Part shown: positions 38,103 through 48,368 of the stretch, one piece after another
Layout of the letters: each line of letters starts with the position of its first letter
Position numbering within the stretch: the stretch's first letter is position 1
Assembly (NCBI GenBank): GCA_049968255.1
Contig: JBMFRB010000004.1
Span: forward strand, 160,001 to 224,000
From: Candidatus Sumerlaeaceae bacterium
GTDB lineage: Bacteria > Sumerlaeota > Sumerlaeia > Sumerlaeales > Sumerlaeaceae
Reading direction: 5' to 3'
DNA length: 64,000 nucleotides
Program-made: the position numbers and the translations under genes
The notes under the pieces: generated by a model
The model's input: the letters and a program-made list of their open reading frames with translations, nothing else
What the model was told of the DNA's origin: nothing
Database searches by the model: none

Positions 38103-40445
38103 TCATTTTTTTGCATCCACGAGTTTCGACAAGTCCTCTGGCAGTTGCTCTAGCCCATCTTCTGCGAACTCCACGATAGCCTGCCCAAGTTTTACACGTA
38201 TTTTATCGCTCAAGCGGAAGATAGCCCGCAGTTCCGGATGCATGTGCACGAGCTCAAAGTAAGCCTGCGAATAGTTTCTCACGCGCACGACTTCTTTAGC
38301 CTCTACCGTACCTTCCTCCATCCACATATCGCCAACCCGCACGAAGCCACGTCCCGCGATCCACTTCAACGGCACCTCATCGGTCGTGAGACCGCTAGGT
38401 ACGGATTTCGCTTCTTTCATGCTCCGAACCGCCTTCGCTGCGGCTATGGCCGCTTCCCCGCTCTCAGCACGCAGTGCTTTCAGCGGCGCCAGTGCGACGC
38501 CTGCTTGCATACCCATCGCGCGCCGCCCAATTGTCAAGTGCTGTGGCGGTTCAACTAGTGGACGGTCGTGTGCTGAGGCTGAAGGTGCACTCTGTGGGAA
38601 TAACTCAGGTTTGTCTTCCACGACAAGGTACGAAGTGAACGGGGTGACGATACCGTAACGCTTTGCCAGGCTCACGATCTCGTCGCGGATCTCTTTTGAG
38701 TCCGGCTTGTCGCGCAATGCATCCAGCAAATAGCCCACCTTTCTCGTCGCCCACAGCGTTTCGATCGGTTCGTTCCCGCGCGCCTCTTCGGGCAGTGATT
38801 TCTCAAAATCAAATTGCGCAGGCGCTTCTCCAATATTTCCGCGCAACCTGATAAGGACAGGGCCACTCTTTTTGTAGCGTCCGAAAACGGTGAGCTGTTC
38901 TCCGAAAAAAAGATCAGGCAAAACCTTGGGATAGAAGTCAAAGACCTCTCCGCCCTCAAATGTGAGCTCAAGAGAACTCAAGGCCGGTCGGGCAACTTTA
39001 TCGAAAAGCCGCGAGACTGGCAGCTCGAGATCCTCCTCGGGCGCCACATAATCCGCACAGGCACGCGTGCGCTCAGCAATTTGATCAAGCAGGTGCGTGT
39101 TAACGTCGTGGCCCACCCCGAAAGCAAAAATGCGTAACTCTTTTCCTCGCGTGCCTTGCTCAATCCGCTCGAGAATTTTGTCCGTCGCCGTGATGCCAAC
39201 TGTTGGAAGGCCGTCCGTCGCAAAGAGAACAAGCTTGCGGCGCTTGTGACTTGCAGTGGTATCCGGCTCACTTGCCGCGACTTTTATTGCTACATCGAGT
39301 GCATCCGCGATGTTTGTTCCGCCAGCAGCTCGTAAATTCTCGAGCCAGTGCTTGGCGCGGGCAATTTCCTCGCTGGTTGCATGCACGAGTTGGTCGCGGT
39401 AGGTCTCAGTCTCCGTGGCAAATCGGACCAGAGCAAAGCAATCATGCGGATTCAGTTGGCTCAGGCAATAGTTCACAGCGCGCCGTGCTTGGTCAATTTT
39501 GCCACTTTCGCTCATCGAGCCACTTGTATCGAGTACGAAGACGAGATCGAGCGGTACGGATGTTTGCTCTTGGCTTTTCACTGGTGGGCTCAACATCAGG
39601 CAAAAATATCCAGCTTCAGGAGGATGACGCGAAGCCAGAAGGGTCACCGCCACATCTTTTTCCCGATAATCGTACAGGAGGACAAAGTGTTTGCTCCAGT
39701 CTGTCTCGCTCGTCGGGACGATTTTTACTTCGGTAGAGTTTTCTCCAACGTCTCGTGTTTCGATCTTATGCGTGGGGGAGTAAACATTTCCGAGTTTCCG
39801 CGGTGCCTCGATTGAAACCGTGAACTCTACGTCCAGTTGTTTAGCCTTGCCATGTCTCCGGCTTGTGCGACCCCCTTGCATCATTGCTGGATCTGGACCA
39901 CCCATCGGAAAAACATAGCGAAAAATGCCCTGCTGCGCAGACAGTGGTTGGCTGAATTCGATCTCGATGGTCTGTGAGCTGCCTGCCGGCACAGGGAAAA
40001 CCGCTACCCGAAAAAGATTCCACTCGGCCCACTCCAACACGCCAGGATCCTTCATGCGTCGCACGATGTCTTCGTAAATCCTGCGTGCTTTATCTTTTTC
40101 GAGAATTTCTCCACGCTGCGGCTTGCCGTTTACATAAAGCACGAAATCGGTCACGCTTGCTCCTGGGGGCAAAGGAAAGAAAAAATCCACCTCCAAGGGT
40201 CGAGGATTCGGATTGAAAAACTCCTGGTGAACCCGAGTGCGAGCAATGTTTTCACGTATTCGGGTATCAATTACGGCTCGCCCGGGCTCAATCGCCAAAA
40301 CATCCCGCGGCCGGGGAACGAGGAGCCCGAGTCCCCAGCTTGCCTGAGCGTGCAGGCTCGCAAAACCCAAAATCGCGAGCATACTTTTTTGAAACAGACC
40401 AGAGACAAAGGCTCTGGAACTGTTCCCAAACACTTTCCCCTTCAC
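38103..40445 (-). CDS. Secreted VIT + vWA (inter-alpha-trypsin inhibitor-like) protein
   Basis: VIT (Q.F.NP...E..F.FPLP), MIDAS DTSGSM, GGTN, TDG.PT and YGIVTPFTSYLV motifs. Confidence 0.9.
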   Translation of the reverse strand: MKGKVFGNSSRAFVSGLFQKSMLAILGFASLHAQASWGLGLLVPRPRDVLAIEPGRAVIDTRIRENIARTRVHQEFFNPNPRPLEVDFFFPLPPGASVTDFVLYVNGKPQRGEILEKDKARRIYEDIVRRMKDPGVLEWAEWNLFRVAVFPVPAGSSQTIEIEFSQPLSAQQGIFRYVFPMGGPDPAMMQGGRTSRRHGKAKQLDVEFTVSIEAPRKLGNVYSPTHKIETRDVGENSTEVKIVPTSETDWSKHFVLLYDYREKDVAVTLLASRHPPEAGYFCLMLSPPVKSQEQTSVPLDLVFVLDTSGSMSESGKIDQARRAVNYCLSQLNPHDCFALVRFATETETYRDQLVHATSEEIARAKHWLENLRAAGGTNIADALDVAIKVAASEPDTTASHKRRKLVLFATDGLPTVGITATDKILERIEQGTRGKELRIFAFGVGHDVNTHLLDQIAERTRACADYVAPEEDLELPVSRLFDKVARPALSSLELTFEGGEVFDFYPKVLPDLFFGEQLTVFGRYKKSGPVLIRLRGNIGEAPAQFDFEKSLPEEARGNEPIETLWATRKVGYLLDALRDKPDSKEIRDEIVSLAKRYGIVTPFTSYLVVEDKPELFPQSAPSASAHDRPLVEPPQHLTIGRRAMGMQAGVALAPLKALRAESGEAAIAAAKAVRSMKEAKSVPSGLTTDEVPLKWIAGRGFVRVGDMWMEEGTVEAKEVVRVRNYSQAYFELVHMHPELRAIFRLSDKIRVKLGQAIVEFAEDGLEQLPEDLSKLVDAKK

Positions 40446-40543
40446 GGCTGTGCTCCTTTCGCTTGCGCACCCTAATGCTCTTTAGACTCATTGTGGCAGA
40501 AAAGGTTTGCCACCCAAAACTCATAAAACTGAGGGACGGCATC

Positions 40544-41329
40544 ATGAAACTCACAAAAGAAGGCCAGAAACTACCTCCCATCGTTTTGCTCCATGCTTTT
40601 CCTCTCGACGGACGTATGTGGCGCGAGCAAATGGCGTACCTCTCTGCTCACACTCAAGTCTTCGCCCCGAACGTCCGCGGGTTCGGTGGAGCGATTGGCT
40701 GTGCAGAGTACCCCGAATGGTCCGTACGCGCCTTTGCCTGGGACTTATTGCTTTTCCTTGATCGAAACGGCTTGGACAAAGTGATCCTAGGGGGCTGTTC
40801 GATGGGCGGCTATATCGCTTTCGAATTCTGGCGGCAATATCCAGCCCGCGTTGCCGGGATGATTCTCTGCGATACGCGTGCGGAGGCTGACACGGAGGAA
40901 ATTCGCGCCCGGCGCCGTGAGCAGATCGAACGTATTCGTCGCGAAGGACTTGGCTTTCTCGCGAATTTTGTTGAGGGAAACCTTGTCTCGCCCAAAACAC
41001 GTCAGCGAAACCCTGCGCTTGTCCAGGAAATCGTATCATGGACCCTTCAAGCCCATCCGGAAAGCGTGATAGGAATCTTGGAGGCATTGGCGTCACGTCC
41101 GGACTCTACCGAAACGCTCCCCACGATCAATGTCCCCGTGCTATTGCTCTTCGGCGCGGACGATATCGTCACTCCAAAGGATTGCGGCGTTCGCATGCTG
41201 GCGCGTCTGCCGCAAGCCACTATGGAGATTGTCGCCGACGCCGGTCACCTCGCACCTATCGAGTCCCCTGAGCCGGTGAACAAAGCTATCGAGGACTATC
41301 TGGCTTGTTGGGCAGCAAATGCAGGATAA
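40544..41329 (+). CDS. Alpha/beta hydrolase (PcaD-like)
   Basis: LHAFPL, GCSMGG nucleophile elbow, G.DD and AGH motifs. Confidence 0.9.
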   Translation: MKLTKEGQKLPPIVLLHAFPLDGRMWREQMAYLSAHTQVFAPNVRGFGGAIGCAEYPEWSVRAFAWDLLLFLDRNGLDKVILGGCSMGGYIAFEFWRQYPARVAGMILCDTRAEADTEEIRARRREQIERIRREGLGFLANFVEGNLVSPKTRQRNPALVQEIVSWTLQAHPESVIGILEALASRPDSTETLPTINVPVLLLFGADDIVTPKDCGVRMLARLPQATMEIVADAGHLAPIESPEPVNKAIEDYLACWAANAG

Positions 41330-41450
41330 AAAAAGAATATTCTGCCGCCGGCTGTTCTGTGTCAAAATTGGGAATTTTCGCATGCGTGACCCGGGGGGCC
41401 TCTGATCCCCGTTACTGTCCGAAATTCGTGCACAAATCATTGATTCGTTG

Positions 41451-41492
41451 TTGACGTCGTGAAAGAACTCTAAATAATTGGATCGATTCAAT
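41451..41492 (+). promoter_or_regulatory. Sigma70-like promoter plus LacI-type palindromic operator upstream of the alpha-glucan operon
   Basis: TTGACG-16-AATAAT (41451-41478). ATTGGATCGATTCAAT (41477-41492) is a 16-bp palindrome with central CG and one mismatched pair. Confidence 0.55.
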
Positions 41493-41514
41493 AAAATGAC
41501 CGGAGTCTTTGCTA

Positions 41515-44500
41515 ATGAAAACCGCACATTTTAGAAGAGCACTGAGCTTTTTCCTCGCTCATATCTTCGCGCTCTGCGCCATAGTTCAAGCAGCCCCGTC
41601 GTTGCCCCCCTCTATCACCGTCAAGGAAACGTCAGGGGGAAAATACCTTGTCACATTCACGCTCAAATCCCAAGCATCAAGTGTGTATCTGTCGGGATCC
41701 TTTGCCGACTGGCGTCCCGACAAAATTGAAATGACTAAAAAAGGTGAAGCCTTTACCGCGACCGTCGAACTCCCGGAAGGAAAGCATGAATACAAATTTG
41801 TCGAAGACGGCAAAACCTGGCGCCCCGATCCTCTCAACCCAAAAGGTGCGCCCGATAATTTCGGCGGACAAAACAGTGTTCTCGAACTGACAAAGGAAGC
41901 CGTGGCGGCATCACAGCGGGCTGTGGTGGGTGATCCTGACATCTCCAAGGACATCGCGGCGGAGGGAATCCAGGTTTGTCCGTCGGTCAAGGCTGTGCCC
42001 CACGGCGATGGAACCTACGCTGTAACCTTCCGCTTCAAAGCCCAAAATGCCGAAAAAGTATTTCTCGCTGGCTCATTCAACGACTGGTCTGCGGATGCCA
42101 AGCCCATGGCGCGCGAAGGCGATGAGTTCGTGGCAACCCTAGACCTCAAGCCTGGTGAGTACGAATACAAATTTGTTGTGAACGGGAAAGAGTGGCGCGA
42201 GGACCCGCTCAACCAAGAGAGCAAAGAAAATGGTCTCGGCGGCAAAAACAGTGTCATTCGCCTCGGGGAAAAGGGGCAAAAGACACAGCAGACCTCGCCG
42301 AGTAATGAGGAAAAGACTCCACCCACCAACACAAACCCTACGGAGCCCACAACAAGTGCGACAGCTCTTCGCCCTTTTCCCAGTATCGAAATTGTCCCCC
42401 TGGGTAACCATAAAAACCGTGTGATGTTTCGATTCAAGGCGCCCGACGCCGACACAGTCCATCTCGCCGGCTCCTTCAATGGCTGGAATCCCACAACCCT
42501 GAAAATGCAGAAAGAGGGCGACACCTTCGTCATCTCCCAAGTGCTGCTAGATGGGGAGCATCAATATAAATTCGTTATCGATCACAGCCGGTGGCAGGAA
42601 GATCCCCTCAACCCGGTCAAGACCGATGATGGGCAAGGAGGTTATAACAGCGTGCTGCGCTTGGGACACGGAGCCGCTGTTGTCCGCTCTGAAGCAAAAA
42701 TCGGCGACGGAAAGATTGACGGAGATTTCCTCTTCCACGATCCCGAATCGATCGAGTTCTTCAACCCGCTCAGCAAGAACGGCCCCGTCGTCATTCGCGT
42801 GCGAACATTGGCCCACGACGCTGAGAAAGCATGGCTACGTTTTTTAGAAGCGGCAGGGGAAAAGGACGTTCTTCTTCGCTCGGTTTACTCAGATGAGCGA
42901 TTCGAGTATTTCGGTGGTAAGCTCCCGCAAATCGAAAATTACTATTTCCGCTTTAGCGACGGTAAAACGCGTATCGACTATGGCCAAGATGAAGTCAAAA
43001 CACCTCCCGCGAAAGTCACCCCGTTCACGGCCAAAATTGATGAAAGCAAAATCTTCGTCACCCCAGAATGGGCACGTCACGTGGTCTGGTACGAAATTTT
43101 CCCCGAGCGCTTCCGCAATGGCTCAAAAGACAATGACCCCACAGGAACACGTGCGTGGACGCTCGATTGGGAGCACCTCCTCCCGCAGGACGGTGGGAAA
43201 TTCTATCCCAGCGTTTTTTTCCGGCGCTATGGGGGCGACTTACAGGGGGTCATGGAAAAGCTGGACTATTTGAAGTCGCTTGGCGTGGGGGCGATCTGGT
43301 TTAATCCACTTTTCCAGTCAGAGTCACTTCACAAATACGATGCTACCGACTATCGCCACATCGATGACCAGTTCGGATATAAAGGCGAGTACGAGCGAAT
43401 TGTGGCACAAGAGGACCTGCTGGATCCTTCGACGTGGAAATTCAATAAGAGCGATCAACTTTTCCTCGAGCTCATAAAAAAAGCGCATGCCGCAGGCATC
43501 AAAATTATCATCGATGGAGTCTTCAACCACACAGGCACAAAACATCCTGCCTTTCAGGATGTCCTCAAGAACGGCAAAAACTCCCCGTTCAGAGACTGGT
43601 ACAACATCACGAGTTGGGCCCCCCTTGATTGGGAAGGGTGGTATGGGAATAAGGATTTGCCTGTGTTCAAAGAGGATGAACACGGCTATGTTGACCCAGA
43701 AGTGAGAAAGCATATTTTTGCCGTGACGCGGCGCTGGATGGATCCCAATGGCGACGGCGATCCGTCCGATGGAATTGATGGCTGGCGTCTCGACGTCCCC
43801 AATGAGGTGAGCAGCGAATTTTGGCGGGAATGGCGCAAACTCGTAAAATCGATCAATCCCAATGCCCTCATCATGGGAGAAATTTGGGATCCGCCCAAGC
43901 AGTGGCTGCGCGGCGACCAATTTGACTGCGTCATGAATTACCAGTTCGCAAAAGCTCTGCTCCGGTTCTACGCGAACAACGGGACCGCTACGCGCCTGGC
44001 GAACGATATCGCGAAGATGCTTTTCGATGTTCCTGAACAGGCCAACTACGTCATGATGAATCTCCTCAATTCCCACGACACTGACCGACTCGCCTCGATG
44101 CTCTATAACCCCGGCCGCGAATACGATAACGGTAACCGCATCCAAGACCTGAAAGCGGGCGAAACTTACAAGACCGACAAACCTACCACCGATACCTACC
44201 ACAAGATGAAGGCCGTCGTGGGGGTGCAGTTCTGCTACGTCGGTGGACCAATGATCTACTATGGTGACGAAGCCGGCATGTGGGGCCCGGATGATCCTGG
44301 TGATCGTAAGCCGATGATCTGGAAAGATCTCGAACCGTACGAAAAGCCTGAAGAGAACTACTTTATGCAGGACATCTTCTCGCACTATCAGCGGTGCGCA
44401 GCCATCCGCAACTCTTTGCAGGCACTTCATGTCGGCGATTATGAAACGATTCTGGCCGATGACGCGGAAGCGCTCTTTGCTTTCCGCCGCTGGACCAAAG

Positions 44501-44757
44501 ACCAGACGGTCATCGTCGTGACGAATAACTCGAGCAAAGCAAAAACGGCCAAGATCAAGTTGCCAGAAGGAGCTCCTGCGCAATACATCGACGTGCTGAA
44601 CGATCCCCGAGTGAAAGTCATTCCCGCCAAACGCCTTGATGCTTCCGACACTACCCGCATTGATTACACAAAGGCCCAACCGAGAATCAAGGCGAAGGGA
44701 CGAACTCTTGACGTTGCCATAGAGGCCTATACTTCGCGAATCCTTCTAGGACGGTAG
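41515..44757 (+). CDS. Secreted GH13 amylase/neopullulanase with three CBM48 (AMPK-beta-like) domains
   Basis: Signal peptide, three copies of V.L.GSF..W...YKFV..G..W..DPLN, and a P/T linker. Catalytic regions DGVFNH, GWRLDV, GEIW and NSHD. Confidence 0.92.
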   Translation: MKTAHFRRALSFFLAHIFALCAIVQAAPSLPPSITVKETSGGKYLVTFTLKSQASSVYLSGSFADWRPDKIEMTKKGEAFTATVELPEGKHEYKFVEDGKTWRPDPLNPKGAPDNFGGQNSVLELTKEAVAASQRAVVGDPDISKDIAAEGIQVCPSVKAVPHGDGTYAVTFRFKAQNAEKVFLAGSFNDWSADAKPMAREGDEFVATLDLKPGEYEYKFVVNGKEWREDPLNQESKENGLGGKNSVIRLGEKGQKTQQTSPSNEEKTPPTNTNPTEPTTSATALRPFPSIEIVPLGNHKNRVMFRFKAPDADTVHLAGSFNGWNPTTLKMQKEGDTFVISQVLLDGEHQYKFVIDHSRWQEDPLNPVKTDDGQGGYNSVLRLGHGAAVVRSEAKIGDGKIDGDFLFHDPESIEFFNPLSKNGPVVIRVRTLAHDAEKAWLRFLEAAGEKDVLLRSVYSDERFEYFGGKLPQIENYYFRFSDGKTRIDYGQDEVKTPPAKVTPFTAKIDESKIFVTPEWARHVVWYEIFPERFRNGSKDNDPTGTRAWTLDWEHLLPQDGGKFYPSVFFRRYGGDLQGVMEKLDYLKSLGVGAIWFNPLFQSESLHKYDATDYRHIDDQFGYKGEYERIVAQEDLLDPSTWKFNKSDQLFLELIKKAHAAGIKIIIDGVFNHTGTKHPAFQDVLKNGKNSPFRDWYNITSWAPLDWEGWYGNKDLPVFKEDEHGYVDPEVRKHIFAVTRRWMDPNGDGDPSDGIDGWRLDVPNEVSSEFWREWRKLVKSINPNALIMGEIWDPPKQWLRGDQFDCVMNYQFAKALLRFYANNGTATRLANDIAKMLFDVPEQANYVMMNLLNSHDTDRLASMLYNPGREYDNGNRIQDLKAGETYKTDKPTTDTYHKMKAVVGVQFCYVGGPMIYYGDEAGMWGPDDPGDRKPMIWKDLEPYEKPEENYFMQDIFSHYQRCAAIRNSLQALHVGDYETILADDAEALFAFRRWTKDQTVIVVTNNSSKAKTAKIKLPEGAPAQYIDVLNDPRVKVIPAKRLDASDTTRIDYTKAQPRIKAKGRTLDVAIEAYTSRILLGR

Positions 44758-44773
44758 AGAAAGCGCGATTCGC

Positions 44774-46006
44774 ATGGCGCCAGGCGCAGTGAAAAAACTG
44801 TTCCGGGGAACCGTAATCTATCTGTTTATCCTACCGGCATTAGTCCCCATGCTGGCGCTGGTAGGTGTGCCGCTGCTCCAAACGATCTTCTTCAGCTTCA
44901 CGAATCTGAAAGAAAAGAACTTCGACCTCTGGACACTGGGTATCGAGCCGATCGCCGGCTCAACCCAGTGTTCCCGAGGTGTTGCCGTGCGAGTGATTCC
45001 GCGCGGTCCCGCAGCAAAACACGGCGTGCCCGACGGCGCTTGCGCGCTGGCTATCGGCGAGCAAGACGTAAGCAGCACAAGAGTGCTCGAGCGTCTTCTT
45101 GAGAAAGCGAAGCGCGAGTTCGTTAATGGCAAAATTGAGTCGGTTACCCTGACTTACCTTGACCCCCATTCCCCCACGAGCACAACGGTATCACTGCGGT
45201 TCGAGCGCGCTCCCTTCGACTGGCGCGTTGATCCCAACCGCGACAACTCCACTTGGGGACTTGTCGGACTGGCGAATTACAAGCGCGTCCTGATTCCCTC
45301 GAAAGATTCAGACGAAGCGCACACCTTCTATAAAGTTCTGGGAATAACTATCCTGTGGACCGCTATCAACGTCACGTTCCACTATCTCTTCGGCTTCGCC
45401 CTAGCCCTTCTCCTCAATAGAAACGTTCCTGGCACGCGTTTTTACCGCGTCCTTCTCATGTTGCCTTGGGCCGTGCCCGTGTATGTTTCGGCGTTCTCAT
45501 GGCGCTGGCTTTTCAATTCGCAGTATGGCTTCTTCAACGTCATACTTCAAAAACTAGGGCATTCCCCCATCCCTTGGCTTAGCGACACGCTGTGGACGTT
45601 CGTCGCAGTCACCATCACGAACGTTTGGTTAGGCATTCCCTTTATGATGATTAGCTTGTTAGCCGGAATGCAGGCAATCCCCAAAGATCTCTATGAGGCC
45701 GCAGAAATTGACGGGTGTTCGCGCTGGCAAAAGGTTCTCTATGTTACGCTTCCAATGCTTCGGCCAGTGAGTTTGACCATTATTCTGCTAGGGGCCATTT
45801 GGACCTTCAATATGTTTAACGTCATTTGGCTGGTGCAAGGCGGTGGGACAGCCGTAGAAATCCTTGCGACCTACGCCTTCCGCCTTTTCCGCGATTACCA
45901 CGACTACGCCGGTGCCGCAACTTACGGCACACTCATCTTTCTCTTACTGTTGATCTTTAGCTTGTTTTATCTCAAGCTCCTGCATCGAGAGGAGGAGCTT
46001 TACTAA
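44774..46006 (+). CDS. Maltodextrin ABC permease (MalF-like) with PDZ-like periplasmic insertion
   Basis: VGL.NY, LPWAVP and EAA.IDG motifs. Insertion GVAVRVIPRGPAAKHGV.DG..LAIG. Confidence 0.88.
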   Translation: MAPGAVKKLFRGTVIYLFILPALVPMLALVGVPLLQTIFFSFTNLKEKNFDLWTLGIEPIAGSTQCSRGVAVRVIPRGPAAKHGVPDGACALAIGEQDVSSTRVLERLLEKAKREFVNGKIESVTLTYLDPHSPTSTTVSLRFERAPFDWRVDPNRDNSTWGLVGLANYKRVLIPSKDSDEAHTFYKVLGITILWTAINVTFHYLFGFALALLLNRNVPGTRFYRVLLMLPWAVPVYVSAFSWRWLFNSQYGFFNVILQKLGHSPIPWLSDTLWTFVAVTITNVWLGIPFMMISLLAGMQAIPKDLYEAAEIDGCSRWQKVLYVTLPMLRPVSLTIILLGAIWTFNMFNVIWLVQGGGTAVEILATYAFRLFRDYHDYAGAATYGTLIFLLLLIFSLFYLKLLHREEELY

Positions 46007-46843
46007 ATGCCTCGTCAGCCGCTCATTAGCACCCACTTTTGGCTCGCCATCGCCAGTGTTATCGCAATTTTCCCAATCATTTGGGTGCTATCGACGTCGC
46101 TAAAGAAGAAAGAGGACGTTTACCAAACCGTCCGTATCGAGGTCATTCCTTCGCAACCGAATTTTGAAAACTATCACGAAGTCCTAACGATGAACCACGG
46201 CATCTTTCTGCGCTGGTTTCGCAATTCTGCTGTTGTGGCGAGCGCGACGGCGCTTTTTGGCGTGCTTTTAGCGGCGAGCGCAGCCTATGCCTTTTCCCGC
46301 TTCAATTTTTTCGGCAGGAAGCCGCTGATTTTCTTCTTTTTGCTCACGCAAATGTTTCCCGGCGTCGTCCTCTTGGTCCCTCTATATTTCATCTTGCAAC
46401 GGCTAGGCCTTCTTGGGTCCTTTCCGGGGCTGATTTTGGCTTATTGCACGGTCAGTCTCCCGTTCGGCGTGTGGATGTTAAAAGGCTATTTCGACACGAT
46501 TCCCAAGTCGCTAGACGAGGCAGGAATTGTGGACGGCCTCAGCATCGTAGGAGTGTTCTGGCGCATTATTCTCCCACTCAGCCTTCCAGGGATTGCGGTG
46601 ACCGCCTTCTTTGCCTTTCTCACAGCATGGAATGAGTATATGTTTGCGCTCGCTTTCATGACCGGTGAAGAAAACTATCTGCTTCCCGTGGGTATGGCGG
46701 CCGCATTTGGCGATCAGTACCAGACGTTCTGGCACCTCATGGCCGCCGGGTCAATCATCACGACAATTCCCGTTCTTGCTGTGTTTGTGCTCGCCCAGCG
46801 TTACCTCATCAGCGGTTTGACGCAGGGCGGCGTCAAACAGTAA
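46007..46843 (+). CDS. Maltodextrin ABC permease (MalG-like)
   Basis: QMFP, KGYFDTIP.SLDEA..DG, AWNEY and SGLT.GGVK motifs. Confidence 0.92.
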   Translation: MPRQPLISTHFWLAIASVIAIFPIIWVLSTSLKKKEDVYQTVRIEVIPSQPNFENYHEVLTMNHGIFLRWFRNSAVVASATALFGVLLAASAAYAFSRFNFFGRKPLIFFFLLTQMFPGVVLLVPLYFILQRLGLLGSFPGLILAYCTVSLPFGVWMLKGYFDTIPKSLDEAGIVDGLSIVGVFWRIILPLSLPGIAVTAFFAFLTAWNEYMFALAFMTGEENYLLPVGMAAAFGDQYQTFWHLMAAGSIITTIPVLAVFVLAQRYLISGLTQGGVKQ

Positions 46844-48368
46844 CTTCTTTGGGCTGACGGCAAGCAAAAGTGCTCAGCGTGAAAATCACGCTACCTGCCC
46901 ATATAGCGTAGCAGGCCACCCCAAGATTTCTTCGCAGTGCTGTGTTCGTGAGGCCATAGGCTTGAATTGCGAGTTCGAGGCCGAACCACAAAGCCAGTGC
47001 AATGGCCCATCGCATATTAGCAACTGACGTCGCTCGGCGCACGGCAAAAGCCAGCCCGATCAGACGAGAAAAGGTGAATAGCGAAAATAGGACGACGCCC
47101 GGGAGCCCGCCGGCAAAGGCTTGTTCGATCCACTGGTTATGCGGGTGACTCATGCCTTCCACCTGACTTGCGACCGCGGGAAAGAAGCGCCGCGCAGAGG
47201 TTTCAAAAGTCGAATAGCCATATCCCCATCCAAGAAGCGGGCGCTCGGCAATCATCTCCAGGGCTGTGCTTTGGATAGCCATCCGACTTGCAAGCGAAGT
47301 CGGTGCAAAATGACGACCAGTAAGCCACCGGTACGCATCCTTCCAGTGGGCGCGTTGCGATGGGCTAAAGATGGCGAAGGTGGCTCCCGCAATAATCACC
47401 ACAGAGAGAGTGCCCGCAAAGCGTACGCGAGCCCGCGGAGGCGCAGCACACAGGGCCGCCGCCACTCCCACTCCAGCTCCTGCCAAAGCCCCACGGGTTA
47501 CACTGGCGCCGACAATGAGTAACCCTCCCACAGCACTTGCAATGGCCCATGCCGGAGAGCCAAAGCCCCCAACTAGCATCAATGCCGGAAGGAGAAAAGT
47601 TTGGATCATGCCAAAAAAGCCTGTCCGGTTGTGATGCTCGAACGGAAACTGCAGTCGCCAAGTCTGACCGCTGCCCTGAGGCTCGATCCGAATCCATTTC
47701 TGCTCAACCGCAAACGAGGAAGAAAGCATACCAATCCCATAAAGCGCAGTGATGCCAAGCATCACAACGCATGCTATGGCCAAACTTCCCACAATCCCTC
47801 GTACAACTTGCTGACCAAAACCCGATGCTCGGTTTGAGAGGAGAATGACAAGGTAAAAAACACCAGTGTAGGCAACGAGTTCGCGGGCAAACAGCTTGAG
47901 AGAAATCTTTGGGAGAGGCCCTGCGAGCGACACCAGATATTGCCATAGCAAGTAGGCAAGCAACGAACTGAGACAAAGGCGGATTGCCCGATACGCTCTT
48001 TGTGTGATCCCGGATTCTGTTCTGGCGCACAGAATGTTATCGGTCAACCGCGCGCTCTCACGGGCAAGGAGGCCCACACAAAGAATACCCAAAACTGCAA
48101 CAGCGGTGCGCGGACGCGCTTCGCTCGGGGAAGCCGCGATGGCGAGAACACCAAGCAGCGAAGCTCCAAGCACCCCTGCGCCCAATTCGCGGGCAGACCT
48201 GCGAACAGTGCGCGCCCAGGAAATGGCAATTGTTGCCGCAGCAGTGAGGACGCTTACTAAAACGATCCCCAAAAATAGATTCTCTCCGGCCCTGTCCGAC
48301 AAAAACAAAATACTGGCCAACGCCCCCAGGGCGAATCCCAACACTCTATTCACTTTTGCAAATTCCAC
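46833..48368 (-). CDS. O-antigen ligase / oligosaccharyltransferase-like (Wzy_C) membrane protein
   Basis: R....F.H.N, TRGA, P.LG.G and HPHN motifs. Many TM helices. Confidence 0.8.
   Translation of the reverse strand: MEFAKVNRVLGFALGALASILFLSDRAGENLFLGIVLVSVLTAAATIAISWARTVRRSARELGAGVLGASLLGVLAIAASPSEARPRTAVAVLGILCVGLLARESARLTDNILCARTESGITQRAYRAIRLCLSSLLAYLLWQYLVSLAGPLPKISLKLFARELVAYTGVFYLVILLSNRASGFGQQVVRGIVGSLAIACVVMLGITALYGIGMLSSSFAVEQKWIRIEPQGSGQTWRLQFPFEHHNRTGFFGMIQTFLLPALMLVGGFGSPAWAIASAVGGLLIVGASVTRGALAGAGVGVAAALCAAPPRARVRFAGTLSVVIIAGATFAIFSPSQRAHWKDAYRWLTGRHFAPTSLASRMAIQSTALEMIAERPLLGWGYGYSTFETSARRFFPAVASQVEGMSHPHNQWIEQAFAGGLPGVVLFSLFTFSRLIGLAFAVRRATSVANMRWAIALALWFGLELAIQAYGLTNTALRRNLGVACYAIWAGSVIFTLSTFACRQPKEVTV

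Noticed and set aside
41630-42660. Three imperfect DNA repeats (GGCTCxTTCAA, TACAAATTTG, GATCCxCTCAACC)
   Set aside because: They encode the three CBM48 domains and are not a CRISPR or mobile repeat.
43324-44679. 451-aa minus-strand ORF
   Set aside because: Fully antisense to the GH13 catalytic domain with no recognisable motifs. It is a codon-bias shadow ORF.
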